DNA of 59,940 nucleotides, counting the filler, from Squatina squatina (lineage: Eukaryota): the NCBI GenBank assembly GCA_031763465.1. It is 3 parts of 2 records of this genome, joined end to end, with 100 filler letters (N's around TTAATTAATTAA, not from the genome) between each part and the next. Parts side by side here need not be neighbours in the genome. Positions count along the whole stretch, not along the records: positions 32,152 to 59,940 come from JARFOE010000046.1; 2 more parts are not named here. One strand, written 5' to 3'. Below, in pieces: positions 35,984-47,519 of this stretch. Each line of letters begins with the position of its first letter. The first letter of the stretch is position 1. The notes under the pieces were generated by a model. That model saw nothing but the letters and a program-made list of their open reading frames with translations, searched no databases and was not told the origin of the DNA. The position numbers and the translations under genes were made by a program.

Positions 35984-36021
35984 AACAATGTACTTGACTT
36001 GCACTTTGAGGATGTTACAAG
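35984..36021 (+). CDS. Candidate exon C (38 bp) of unidentified plus-strand gene
   Basis: Strong acceptor TTTTCTGTTTCTTTTTGTGCAG|, donor AAG|GTCAGC; NNVLDLHFEDVT-S; phase 0/2. Confidence 0.6.
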
Positions 36022-37020
36022 GTCAGCTCAAAGTGTTTGTTAACTAACCACTGTGTTTAGACCCTTTCCAACTCCACTGATACCCTGAGTAGGGATAGTC
36101 CTCAAAACATATTACAGTTCACTGGTGACTTTTCCTTTCAAATGTCTCCCCTCCTCTTCCGCAGGGCTGACTCTTGCTGGGATAGTGCCATAGGCACTTG
36201 CTGTCCATCAGTACCTAGCACAAAAATCCTCTCTTTACGTTTGAGCTAAGACAATGAGTGTCAGCGGCTGTTTCACACGAAAGGCATCACACCATATTCT
36301 CATTTGAAGACCCATGTACACTCTTACACTTTGGCGCAGGTATCATGCATAGTATGAGGACCTTGGCTGATTTATTTCTGTCCCCAGCCCAGTGAAATGT
36401 TGACTTACCCTGGTGCAAAACCCCTCTTCTGATGTTTGTCATTACACAACAGCTCCATCGATTTTAGCATTGTATCGTTCTAAAATTGGCTTGATTGCTC
36501 CATTAATCTGAGATATCCTTTTTTTTTAACTTGACATGTGAGTTCGTCCTAGTTTCTAAACTCAGGTGAGTAATTGGACCATTAATGAGATTTTCTGCTA
36601 ATTGCAAGAATGTGCACTCCCAGTTCCTGTTTTGGAAACTTGTGATTTATTTTAGAGCACAAGAGCTATCAGGAAGGAGAAAGAGCCATGTGCCTCATCA
36701 AAATTCATCCCTTGCGTACCATAACTTTATAATCACAATCTCCAACTAGGGTACTTTGAACAACATTCATCTCATTGTCTCTACTGCCCTTCCTTTTTGG
36801 TTGTCCTGAGCACTTGTCACTCTTGGGGTAAAGTTCTTCTGAATATCTGTTCAAAAATTGATAGCTTCAATTGTCAAGTCACAAAGTGGAGAAAACAAAA
36901 TAAAAGATCTGTAGGAGGGGGGGGGGGGTGGAAATCACACCAAGGCTTCAGCACCAACAGAAAAAGAATTACAAGAAGGGCCTTTAAAAGGCCTGCAGTT
37001 AACTATCTTTGAATTCTGCA

Positions 37021-37135
37021 GGGGCACCCAATTGGTCCCTTAGCGAGAGCGCTAAATGAGGGCTAAATGGGTGCTAGGGGTCTAACCCCCGTGTCATTCG
37101 CTAAGTGGCTCCGTTGGACAACTGGAGTGGTGCCA
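37021..37135. mobile_element. Left end of GC-rich TIR element running into gap
   Basis: GGGGCACCCAATTGGTCCC terminus related to ends at 3822 and 8797. Confidence 0.55.
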
Positions 37136-39264
37136 NNNNNNNNNNNNNNNNNNNNNNNNNNNNNNNNNNNNNNNNNNNNNNNNNNNNNNNNNNNNNNNNN
37201 NNNNNNNNNNNNNNNNNNNNNNNNNNNNNNNNNNNCTGTCTTGTTTGTAGGAAACAAGGGACTCACATGAGATGAACAGAATCTACCTTTTTGGACACGT
37301 GTTGAGTAAATTACCAAAGTTTCCATATCTCTTCGCAGCAAACCTAAAATATTGCAGGCGCTTCAGCTTTCCCCTGGTGCAATACACGACAGGTAATAGA
37401 TTTCTGGCAATGAATTTTAAGACAGTAATTCACTTGAACAGCTCTGTTGATACCATGAACCTGAAGAATGAAGCTTGAATGGCTTATGAGCATGGATAGA
37501 GCAGTGAAATGAACTTACTGCTTTACAGAGACCTGTTATTTATATTACAGTACAAATCCTAATAATGTTAAAATAATTGTTCTTATCAATGGCTGTCAGG
37601 CTTCCTGAATGCATTGGTATTGGTGTGACATTGGTAAAAAGGTAATATAATGTAAGGTAGGCATAGTAATTTAACTCCTTTCTTTTCAATATCACTAGGG
37701 GTTATGCTGTACACAGTATAACATGATAAATACAAGGTAGTGGAATGCTCCTGAAATTCATCAGTAAAAATAACCCAATAATAGCAGAAGATCTGTGTCA
37801 AAAATTCAATACGGCTTCAGGCCCTTTGTTGCACATTATCCTCAAACATAAATAGAAACAAAAATGGAGAACCACAACAGTAAGCAACAGAAAATTCATA
37901 TCCTGAAACATTGTACCAGAGCACCAAGCAAATTTAAAATTGTTAATCCAGTCAACTTAACTTTCACTCTCATAAGTCATAATGCCATTTGAATCCTTTA
38001 GTTCAATCATTGGCCTGTGTTGCACTGATATTTATCCGATGTCCTTAATGGACAGCATTGGATTTTTCAAAGAGGAATAAAAACAAATGTTCCTTACAAA
38101 GCTTACTGAAACAAAGAATTGCACCATTTTTGCCAATATAACGGTTAGTTAAGATCTACACTCACTTCATCCTAAANNNNNNNNNNNNNNNNNNNNNNNN
38201 NNNNNNNNNNNNNNNNNNNNNNNNNNNNNNNNNNNNNNNNNNNNNNNNNNNNNNNNNNNNNNNNNNNNNNNNNNNNTCTTTTTAAGTATGATGGACAGGA
38301 AGTGCACGGTAGATGTATCACGAGGCATAGATGAAATGGATTTTATATCTTGATGAAAGATGATGATAAGGAGGACACAGCAAACTGTTCCTAGAGGAAA
38401 AATGTGTCACTGGTGGTTAATATAAAATAAATGATTATGCTGCAGGATTGCATAATTAGGCTTTGGATTGAAGGTGTGTGGAGATGAGATAAATCATGCC
38501 GTTTTGTTTCTTTCACTGGCTGCAAAGATGATTTACACTGCAGTGAAGGTAAGCTCTATATGAAAGAAATTGGCGAGGAGGATTTGATAGTTCCCTAGAC
38601 TGGAATAAATTATGTGGCCACCAGTTAGTCTGAGATCCAGGAAAGGAAAGGAAGGCTATGGAGAAGGTTACAAGATGCTATTACAGAACTAGTGCGATCT
38701 AGAACGCTCCTTAAACTGTGCTGGGGCAGTCTAATATTCAGCTGAATACCCAGCTTTCAAATTAGTATTCACAAAAAACATGTGAGCCTTATGTTACAAA
38801 CTGCCAGATAACATGTAGACAATATGATAATAGTGTGAAATATAATAAAATCTGAATTTGCCTTCAAAAACATTTTTTAGTATCACAATGGCCATCCTGC
38901 CTGTTGGAATTAATATTTACATTCCTCAGTTCCCGTGCTAATTGTACTCTGAGAAAATGAAAGTGCAGGAGTATCTGACACTAGTNNNNNNNNNNNNNNN
39001 NNNNNNNNNNNNNNNNNNNNNNNNNNNNNNNNNNNNNNNNNNNNNNNNNNNNNNNNNNNNNNNNNNNNNNNNNNNNNNNNNNNNNCATTACTAATCTCAT
39101 CATCCGATCTCATGTCCCCCTGTTCTATCTCACTGGTAAAATATTTTAAACTTCTTTGTTTCCTTCTTGCTTTTGGCTTCTACCACCATTTTGGAGGATG
39201 GGCGGAAATGTTGAAAGTCTGAGTTGTCACTGGCTGAAAGTTAACTTTGATGGCGGGTATTTCA

Positions 39265-39702
39265 GTGTCAACTGTGGCTCAGTGGGTAGCACACTCGCCT
39301 CTGAATCCAGAGACTTGAGCACATAAAGCTAGACTGACACTCCAGTGCAGAGCTGAGGGAATGCTGCACTGTCGGAGGTGCCGTCTTTCAGATGAGGCGT
39401 TAAACTGAGACCCCGTCTGCTCTCTCAGGTGGACGTAAAAGATCCCATGACATTATTTGAAAGAAGAGAAGGGGAGTTATCCCCAGTGTCAATATTTATC
39501 CCTCAATCAACATCACTAAAACAGATGATCTGGTCATTATCACATTGTTGTTTGTGGGAGCTTGCTGTGCACAGATTGGCTGCTGCATTTCCCACATTTC
39601 AACAGTGACTACACTCCAAAATTACTTAATTGGCTGTAAAGCGCTTTGAGACATCCGGTGGTCATGAAAGGCGCGATATAAATGCAAATTTTCTTTCTTT
39701 CT
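39265..39702 (+). mobile_element. tRNA-derived DeuSINE (SacSINE1-like), near full length
   Basis: A-box TGGCTCAGTGGG (39275); Deu-domain core GATGAGGCGTTAAACTGAGACCCCGTCTGCTCTCTCAGGTGGACGTAAAAGATCCCATG; tail TATAAATGCAAAT(TTTC)n. Confidence 0.88.
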
Positions 39703-40338
39703 CAGACATGAAAGTCAGGTGCAATCAGATCAATCTTCAATGTGTCTTTTTATCGTATTTCAAACCAGAGGAGTGCTGCTTAATGACCATACCATCTCCA
39801 TTCCTGATCACAACAGTGCGTGGTTGACTAAACACATCGCCGTGTTATGGGAGTTGAAGGAAGACATTTCGAGAAAATGCCCTTACCTTCTGTGCTATTC
39901 ATTCTACAGCTTGTCAGTAAAATAGCATACTTACATTGCAGCTACTAGCCTGAGACTCGTAAGTACAGTTCAGATTTCAGCTGTTCAATGCTCTTTTCAC
40001 ATTACTTGGCATCTGCCTGACTCAAACCCTTAATTATCCTGCCTGGGAGAGAGCCGTGTGGATTCATGGATTCACACATGTGCTGAGCTCTCTCTCAACA
40101 ATTCAAAATGCAAGTGTCTGGAGAGTGGGGATGGGGAGAATCCCTGCTTTCTAAACATTGACGATTAGGTCGGACCAGTTTAATAAAAAGAGGTGCCGGG
40201 GTCCAATAGGCCCACTGAGCACTTTATAAACCAGGTTTNNNNNNNNNNNNNNNNNNNNNNNNNNNNNNNNNNNNNNNNNNNNNNNNNNNNNNNNNNNNNN
40301 NNNNNNNNNNNNNNNNNNNNNNNNNNNNNNNNNNNNNN

Positions 40339-40540
40339 CCCTCCCCCCTTTCCCTGCCCCTGCACTTGCTTAAAAACCTGCTCCAATTCTAACTTTTTTC
40401 CAGTTCTGACAAAGGGTCACCGACCTGATACGTTAACTCTGTTTCTCTCTCCACAGACGCTGCCTGACCTGCTGAGTGTCCCAGCATTCTCTGTTTTTAT
40501 TTCAGATTCCAGCATCCGCAGTATTTTGCTTTTGCCTTGT
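40339..40540. mobile_element. Dispersed repeat, probably Penelope-like terminal fragment
   Basis: GTTAACTCTGTTTCTCTCTCCACAGACGCTGCCTGACCTGCTGAG; reverse complement at 54535-54602; decayed copies near 8300 and 33200. Family assignment from recall. Confidence 0.6.
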
Positions 40541-41899
40541 CCTTCATGACTGCAGCAACAAAAACGTTCTGAAGAACGTTTGTAAATGACAGGTCTGATT
40601 TTGGTTCCGAAAAGTTGCCGCGTCATTTAAATCGACCAAATTTGATTTTACCATGATCCACCTTTTAGAAACAAGCTCAAATTCATGTCCACTGGAAAGT
40701 TGCTAACTGAGCTTCCAGCTGTATTTGCTGCTTTGTGCAAATGTTTGCATCTTAAAGACACCACCGTGTCAGGAAAACATAACAACAGAAGTCACACATT
40801 GATTATCCATAACAGGCTAACATAAAGCACTTCCTCGCCTCAAAATGCAGCAAATCTTCCTTCAAGCTATTAATTCTGTATGATATTCTCTCATCTAAGT
40901 AGAAGCGAATGAACAGAGAATAATAGTTGATTTTCAATTTCTCTGAAATAATTAATGGGGAAAGAACCCAACAGCAGAAAGCTACTTTGTTGCATAAATC
41001 GACCCTGATTGAATCCATTTCTAAGGAGATTCAAAGCTATTAGAATTTCAAACTAATAAGGTCATATTTTTTTCAATTATGTGAGCAGTATTCTTCTCTT
41101 TGTATTGTACTATTATTGTCTCCTTTGTTCATCATTCATGAATTATTCTTTGTTCCCTTGCACTTTAATTTATTTCTGGTCTGTCAACCAATAAGCAATA
41201 AACTACAAATGCTGTTCCTAAACACACTAAGCAGTAACTTTGAATATGCCTATTCTTTACTCCTCAATTCAAATGTTCTCCTCTCCTAAATATGCAGTTC
41301 TACATGTACAGGTGTTGTGTATTAGGAATAAGTTTGGACTTTGCTTTCTACAACTACGGCAGCTCCAATGTGGGAGTATAAAGTCATGTGATCTTTGTAA
41401 GCCCGCCTCTCTTTCTCCAGTGACTCCTAGTGCTCACCTGAGTTCAGATGACCTGGGGGTTCCTGCCTGGAGCTCAGAGCAGGGCTAGTCGATGTAAACC
41501 AAGTGTATAGTTCCCAGCCTTAGTCTAGTGCTGGAGAGTTTGCTCCTTAATACAGATAGTTGTTTTAAGTGCTGTGTCGACCCAGTCATTTCCAGATCCA
41601 CCAGAACCCAATACATAAGAAGTCATAAAATAGCTAAACATTTCTGGCACAAAAAAAAGCTAAAAAAAAACAATAATTCCCAGTTGAAGATTGACACCAG
41701 AAAAAACAAGACGGAGCGGCAGGCAGAGGGGATAAGGCCAGCATGCTGGAATCATTTCAGAAACTGCTAGATTTTGTAAGGGATATGGTAGGGTTGTTAT
41801 TCTGGAACAATAAGATCAAGTGGGATTAAGGGCCTTCTTTCTCTGAACCTCCCTGGTGATCTACAACAAGCAAGCAGTGTGTTTTTTCTGCCTGCACAG

Positions 41900-42005
41900 T
41901 TTTCGAAACATAATTGATTACGAGGTGTGCGGCACAAATCCATTCACAGCTCCTCGAACATCCACTGAGGAGGCAAAGACGCAACATCAGCGCTTTACAA
42001 ACAAA
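41900..42005 (+). CDS. Candidate exon D (106 bp) of unidentified plus-strand gene
   Basis: GTTTTTTCTGCCTGCACAG| ... AAA|GTGAGA; FRNIIDYEVCGTNPFTAPRTSTEEAKTQHQRFTNK; phase 2/0; locally CpG-rich. Confidence 0.65.
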
Positions 42006-43574
42006 GTGAGAACTTTGATTTCCTACTGAAGCATTGGACGTGAAAGTAGAGATTTTGTGCACAGGTAGTAGTTTGGGCTCATTTGTACATGCCTGGGAGG
42101 GTGTGAATAAAATTAGTCCTGTGTTCTGAAACATCGCAACACTACAGTGTTACACATGTTTTGATGTGCTGTTTCATATATCAAAATTTAAACATCCAGA
42201 ATTTAAAGAGGATGAAGAGATGAATAGAAGGGTCTGAAAAAGTATTGCACACATTGAATGATGTTGCTAAAAGAATAAGAATATCGCTGCTTATGTAATA
42301 TGACATAGGTGTTCAGTAGTGAAAGCTTACTTTAATTACACTGCACATATTTCTGCTCATTTAGTCACTGTGAATGTTGCCTAACTTTTTTTCTCTCCTT
42401 TTCTCCAAAAGGTCCTGACTCAGGCTGAAGCACAGCTGCCAACCAACCTCCACAACCTTGCACAAGTGGCCATCCTTTACGTGTGAGCGCTGGCAAGATA
42501 TGCGACTGGAGAAGGTGATCACAAACCAGCCCAATATTAACCTCACCCAACGCCCACGCNNNNNNNNNNNNNNNNNNNNNNNNNNNNNNNNNNNNNNNNN
42601 NNNNNNNNNNNNNNNNNNNNNNNNNNNNNNNNNNNNNNNNNNNNNNNNNNNNNNNNNNNAGAGAGCCAGCTGGTAAAAGTGACTCCTTTACCGGAGAGCA
42701 AGGCAGGAGCTGTCACTGTAACTCTGCGTCACCCTCAGCAGCTGCCTGTAACCTAACAGCACCTGACATCGCTGAGATATGGCTTCTCATCTGCAAATTC
42801 ACTCGCTACTCTTATTAGAGGAGGATTTACATGCACTTTTTCCAATGTGTTAGCATACAAAAATCATATAATAACAGTAAAAAGTAATGTAGTGAAAAAA
42901 CACGTTGCTGAACTCCAGTTGCCCCTTCAATCAATATGAAATGCGATAATGCACAAGTAGAAAGATATGTTTTATTGGAGTAGGGAAAATTAAAATTCTA
43001 AGTCATGTGTCCTTATTCTTTTAGGTAAAGGAAGTATTCAGGGTTGAATACAAATCATATTGAACTAAATCCTGTCATGTTTGCTTATGGAGGATTACTG
43101 AGACAGCTAGACAAACAAGGCATGTGCTGATTAAAATCCTTCTCTCTTAAGCTCAACTAGCTTCAGGTTCAGGATTAGGTTGACTGTGCTTCCTTGTTGC
43201 TGTGTATAATGTAGACTGTCAGCATCAATACTTGTGAAATGCCATGTCCTCCTTTCTAACTATCACCCGCCTACAGTTACATGAGAGGTTGTCCTTTCTT
43301 GCTGTACGTTTCAAAAGAATTGCTGCACCAATTTCCCTTCTCTAATTTGCTAACTGTTTGTAATGTCATGTGCTGAAGCCAGACTGATCGACGTAAGTCA
43401 GTTTACTGAGTTCACATGTCAGCATGAGCATACACACAAGTGTCTCTATCACTAATGAGCTGTCAAGGACAAATATGTTCCTACCAGTTCCTCCTAATGA
43501 CGGTTGTCGCCTGTATCCATTGCAGCAGAATTTATTAAGGACCTTCCACCCCCAACCACATCTGTATTTTACAG

Positions 43575-43610
43575 CTACATCCAACGCATTTACAATTCTT
43601 TGAGAAATAG
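43575..43610 (+). CDS. Candidate terminal exon E of unidentified plus-strand gene
   Basis: CTGTATTTTACAG|CTA CAT...AAA TAG = LHPTHLQFFEK*; AATAAA at ~43942 beyond a gap. Confidence 0.45.
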   Translation, partial: LHPTHLQFFEK

Positions 43611-45969
43611 GTCCATGATGGGAAAAGGGTACGGAGAATGTGATGNNNNNNNNNNNNNNNNNNNNNNNNNNNNNNNNNNNNNNNNNNNNNNNNNNNNNNN
43701 NNNNNNNNNNNNNNNNNNNNNNNNNNNNNNNNNNNNNNNNNNNNNTGAACTGGGGGGAAATTGGGGCTTCAATGCTGTCAAGGACAGAGGTCAAATCAAC
43801 TTCTGTTCTGAAAGGTAATAGACTTCACTTCATAGTTTCATCTGTTCAGCTTGACTTGATACAGTAACAGCATCTATCATCAGTAACTGCAAATGTTTAA
43901 AAATGTGAAGGGAAGTATACCACATTAAACATCTTCAGCGAAATAAATGTTCGGACTGAAAACTTATTGTCTGGGTTCAATCAGATTTGATAAAAGTTCC
44001 ACTTTATCACACACCTTTCTTGTCAGAAAGCAGATCTGCTGATGAAGTCCTCAGAGAGCCTTGCATTACAGCAAATGGAAAGCTTCGTTTCCAGAGTTCT
44101 CTCTGAACTAATTGTAAAAATTGTCAGCTCAAGTCAATTCGGACATTAATTTGTCAGATAACCAAAATATCTGCAAGTTATAAACAACGATTAGCCGCAG
44201 TGATAGTTGAAGTAAGTACCAGGCCCTTTTCTGAGCATTTCTGGCCTGTCCGTGTTGCAGCCCAGCGTAAGCTTGGTGCAGCTCATTCTGGGAAAGGTGA
44301 AGATTGTGGCTGAAGAGGAGAGAGCGATGGCCAGGAAATAGAAGGGAGTGAATGTCTGCAGGCCAACCATTCATTTAGAAGGAATCTTGTGACAGACTAG
44401 GATAAATGACACCTTAATTTATGTGTCTGTACCATCCAGTGCACAGCAATCACCTGCCCAATACCTTACCTTGCCATTGCCATCAACCATCACAAGACCA
44501 TTGAGTACAACAGCATTTCTCCTCACCTACATTATTCAGCTCCATCTCAAATTAACTGATGGGACCTATCAGAGTACCAGTTCTCCTAAATTTTATACTC
44601 CTTAACAGCGAGATCACTGTGGCTTCCTCAGTGCTTCCCATTATGACAGTTTATGCTGTTTATCTTTTACTTCCTAACTGTGTGATCCTTCTAAGATCTT
44701 CCTCAGTGGGAGGAGGGCTGTAATTTTGTGGCAGTCTCCAAAGAAATACCTTTTTAATATAAAAAGATCAGCACATGCTTGTTAAAAATGCTTTCTTTTT
44801 ACAGTGTTCCTAGAATAATAAATTGTGTATAATAACCTGGGCTGGTCAGTAGTTGGCTGTAAGGCTGATGCTACAGTGGCTCCCTGGGCCCACATACTTT
44901 TTACCACATCTGGTATCATTCTAATTTTGGGTGACAGCGCAAAACATNNNNNNNNNNNNNNNNNNNNNNNNNNNNNNNNNNNNNNNNNNNNNNNNNNNNN
45001 NNNNNNNNNNNNNNNNNNNNNNNNNNNNNNNNNNNNNNNNNNNNNNNCTTGAGGGTTAGATCCCGACCCGATTGCTGAGTTTTCCTGTTCTTCTGACATT
45101 GATGCCAAGTGGTTGCAGATGCAAACGTAGCAGCGTCACTCCACAGTTAGAATGACCTTTCCTCATATAACCTTCTCCAAATGTAATTTTGGTAAACTCC
45201 CAAGATTTAAACCTCTGGAGGAGATAAAGAGAATTGTATGGAAGATTATGATATCAAACCAACTTAAAACACTCCAATCTTGCATTTTTGATTTTGTGCA
45301 CAACTTCTTCACAATCCTTTTTATTACATTTGGTATTAAAAATGCCCAGATAATTTTCTGCAGATTTCTTGGGCTCAAGGACAACAAAAAAAGATAGAAG
45401 CAGGAAGCAGGTTATTATTTTATAAGTAGCTTAAAGCAAGATATTATTAAGTTATGGTATACTGCAATCGTTCTGCATCAATAAAAATGTTCAAATGACA
45501 CCAGTTATAATAACAAATTTTCCCTTGAAAAGAAGACAATGAAAATGAGATATTGGGAAATGAAAATAACTTACTGTACAATTTAAATATGCTTTGCATT
45601 GCACAATGCCACATATACATTATGCAATGATGTTCTGGGGAACATGATAATTCAAATGAATTAAGATATGTTACTCAACCCCAGCGTAATAAAGGAATCT
45701 GGAAGTTAATACTGTATCATTATTTCTGTCTCTCAGTCCTTATTAATTATGAATGTTTATTGTAGTTAGTATAACTCATACTAAATATATTAAGTTGATA
45801 AAATGAGACCTACTACTTTTTTTTTCCAAGGAGAAGAGGCAGTGGAGCCAGNNNNNNNNNNAGGGTCACAAAATTCAATTATTCCCTATTCCAGAACACG
45901 GGAGGGTGAAATTCCGTAGCGCTGAAAAACGGACGCAGGCACCTCGATGCGTGATATGCCTGCGCCCTT

Positions 45970-46292
45970 TTAAGGAGGCCTTAGAGAGGGTGCTGAAATA
46001 TTTACGAGAAAGATTCCAGGGATGAGAGACTTCAGTAACGTGGCTAGACTGGAGAAGCTGGGGTTGTTGTCGTTGGAGAAGAGACGGTTGAGGGGAGATT
46101 TGCCAAAGGTGTTCAAAANNNNNNNNNNNNNNNNNNNNNNNNNNNNNNNNNNNNNNNNNNNNNNNNNNNNNNNNNNNNNNNNNNNNNNNNNNNNNNNNNN
46201 NNNNNNNNNNNNNNNNNNTGATCTGGGACAAAGGTTCGGCACAACATCGTGGGCCGAAGGGCCTGTTATGTGCTGTATTTTCTATGTTCTAT
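45970..46292 (+). mobile_element. CR1 3' fragment (gap inside)
   Basis: MRDFSNVARLEKLGLLSLEKRRLRGDLPKVFK, then GGGCCGAAGGGCCTG..TTCTATGTTCTATG tail. Confidence 0.85.
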
Positions 46293-46294
46293 GG

Positions 46295-47519
46295 TCGTAC
46301 TCTGGGTCTGTATACAATACTGCACTGGTGGCACTCTGTGTGTGCACAGAATACTGCACTGGTGGTACTGAGTGAGTGCACACAATACTGCACTGGTGGT
46401 ACTCAGTGTGTGCACAAAATACTGCACTGGTGGTACTGAGTGAGTGCACACAATAATGCATTGGTGGTACTCAGAGAGAACCACAATACTGCACCGGTGA
46501 TACTCAGTGAGTGCACAATAGACTGCACTGGTGGTACTCTGTGTCTGTACACAATACTGCACTGGTGGTACTCTGTGTCTGTACACAATACTGCACTGGT
46601 GGTACTCTGTGTGTGCACACAATACTGCACTGATGGTACTCAGTGTGTGTACACAATACTGCACTGGTGGTACTCATTGTCTGTACACAACACTGCAGCA
46701 GTGGTACTCTGTTTGTGCACACAATACTGCACTGATGGCACTCTGTTTGTGCACACAATACTGCACTGGTGGTACTCAGTGTGTGAACACAATACTGCTC
46801 TGGTGGCACACTGTGTGTGTGCACACAATACTGCACTGGTGGTACTCTGTGTGTGCACACAATACTGCACTGGTGGCACTCTGTGTGTGCACACAATACT
46901 GCACTGGTGGTACTCTGTGTCTGTACACAACACCGCCCTGGTGGTACTATGTGTGTGCACACAATACTGCACTGGTGGCACTCTGTGTGTGCACACAATA
47001 CTGCACTGGTGGCACTCTGTGTGTGCACACAATACTGCACTGGTGATACTCTGTGTGTGCACACAATACAGCACTGGTGGTACTCTGTGTGTGCACACAA
47101 TACTGCACCCGTGGCACTCTGTGTCTGCACACAATACTGCACTGGTGATACTCTGTGTGTGCACACAATACAGCACTCGGGGCATTCTGTGTGTGCACAC
47201 AATACTGCATTGGTGATACTCTGTTTGTGCACACAATACAGCACTCTTGGCATTCTGTGTGTGCACACAATACTGCACTTGTGGCACTCTGTGTGTGCAC
47301 ACAATACTGCACTTGTGGCACTCTGTGTGTGCACACAATACTGCACTGGTGGCACTCTGTGCGTGCACACAATACTGCACTGGTGATACTCTGTTTGTGC
47401 ACACAATACAGCACTCATGGCATTCTGTGTGTGCACACAATACTGCACTGGTCGTACACTGTGTGTGCACAAAATACTGCACTGGTGGTGCACTGTGTGC
47501 ACAGAATGCTGCACTGGTC
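46295..47519. repeat. 34-bp minisatellite, about 36 copies
   Basis: Consensus ACTCTGTGTGTGCACACAATACTGCACTGGTGGY head-to-tail; explains the Cys/His-rich ORFs on both strands (34-aa period = 3 units). Confidence 0.95.

Noticed and set aside
39265-39320. tRNA gene
   Set aside because: Only the A-box head of a SINE; no cloverleaf or B-box.
46295-47519. CRISPR array, or Cys/His-rich keratin-associated/metallothionein-like proteins
   Set aside because: Units are head-to-tail with no unique spacers, no cas genes, eukaryotic context. Open frames on both strands follow from a stop-free 34-bp unit.
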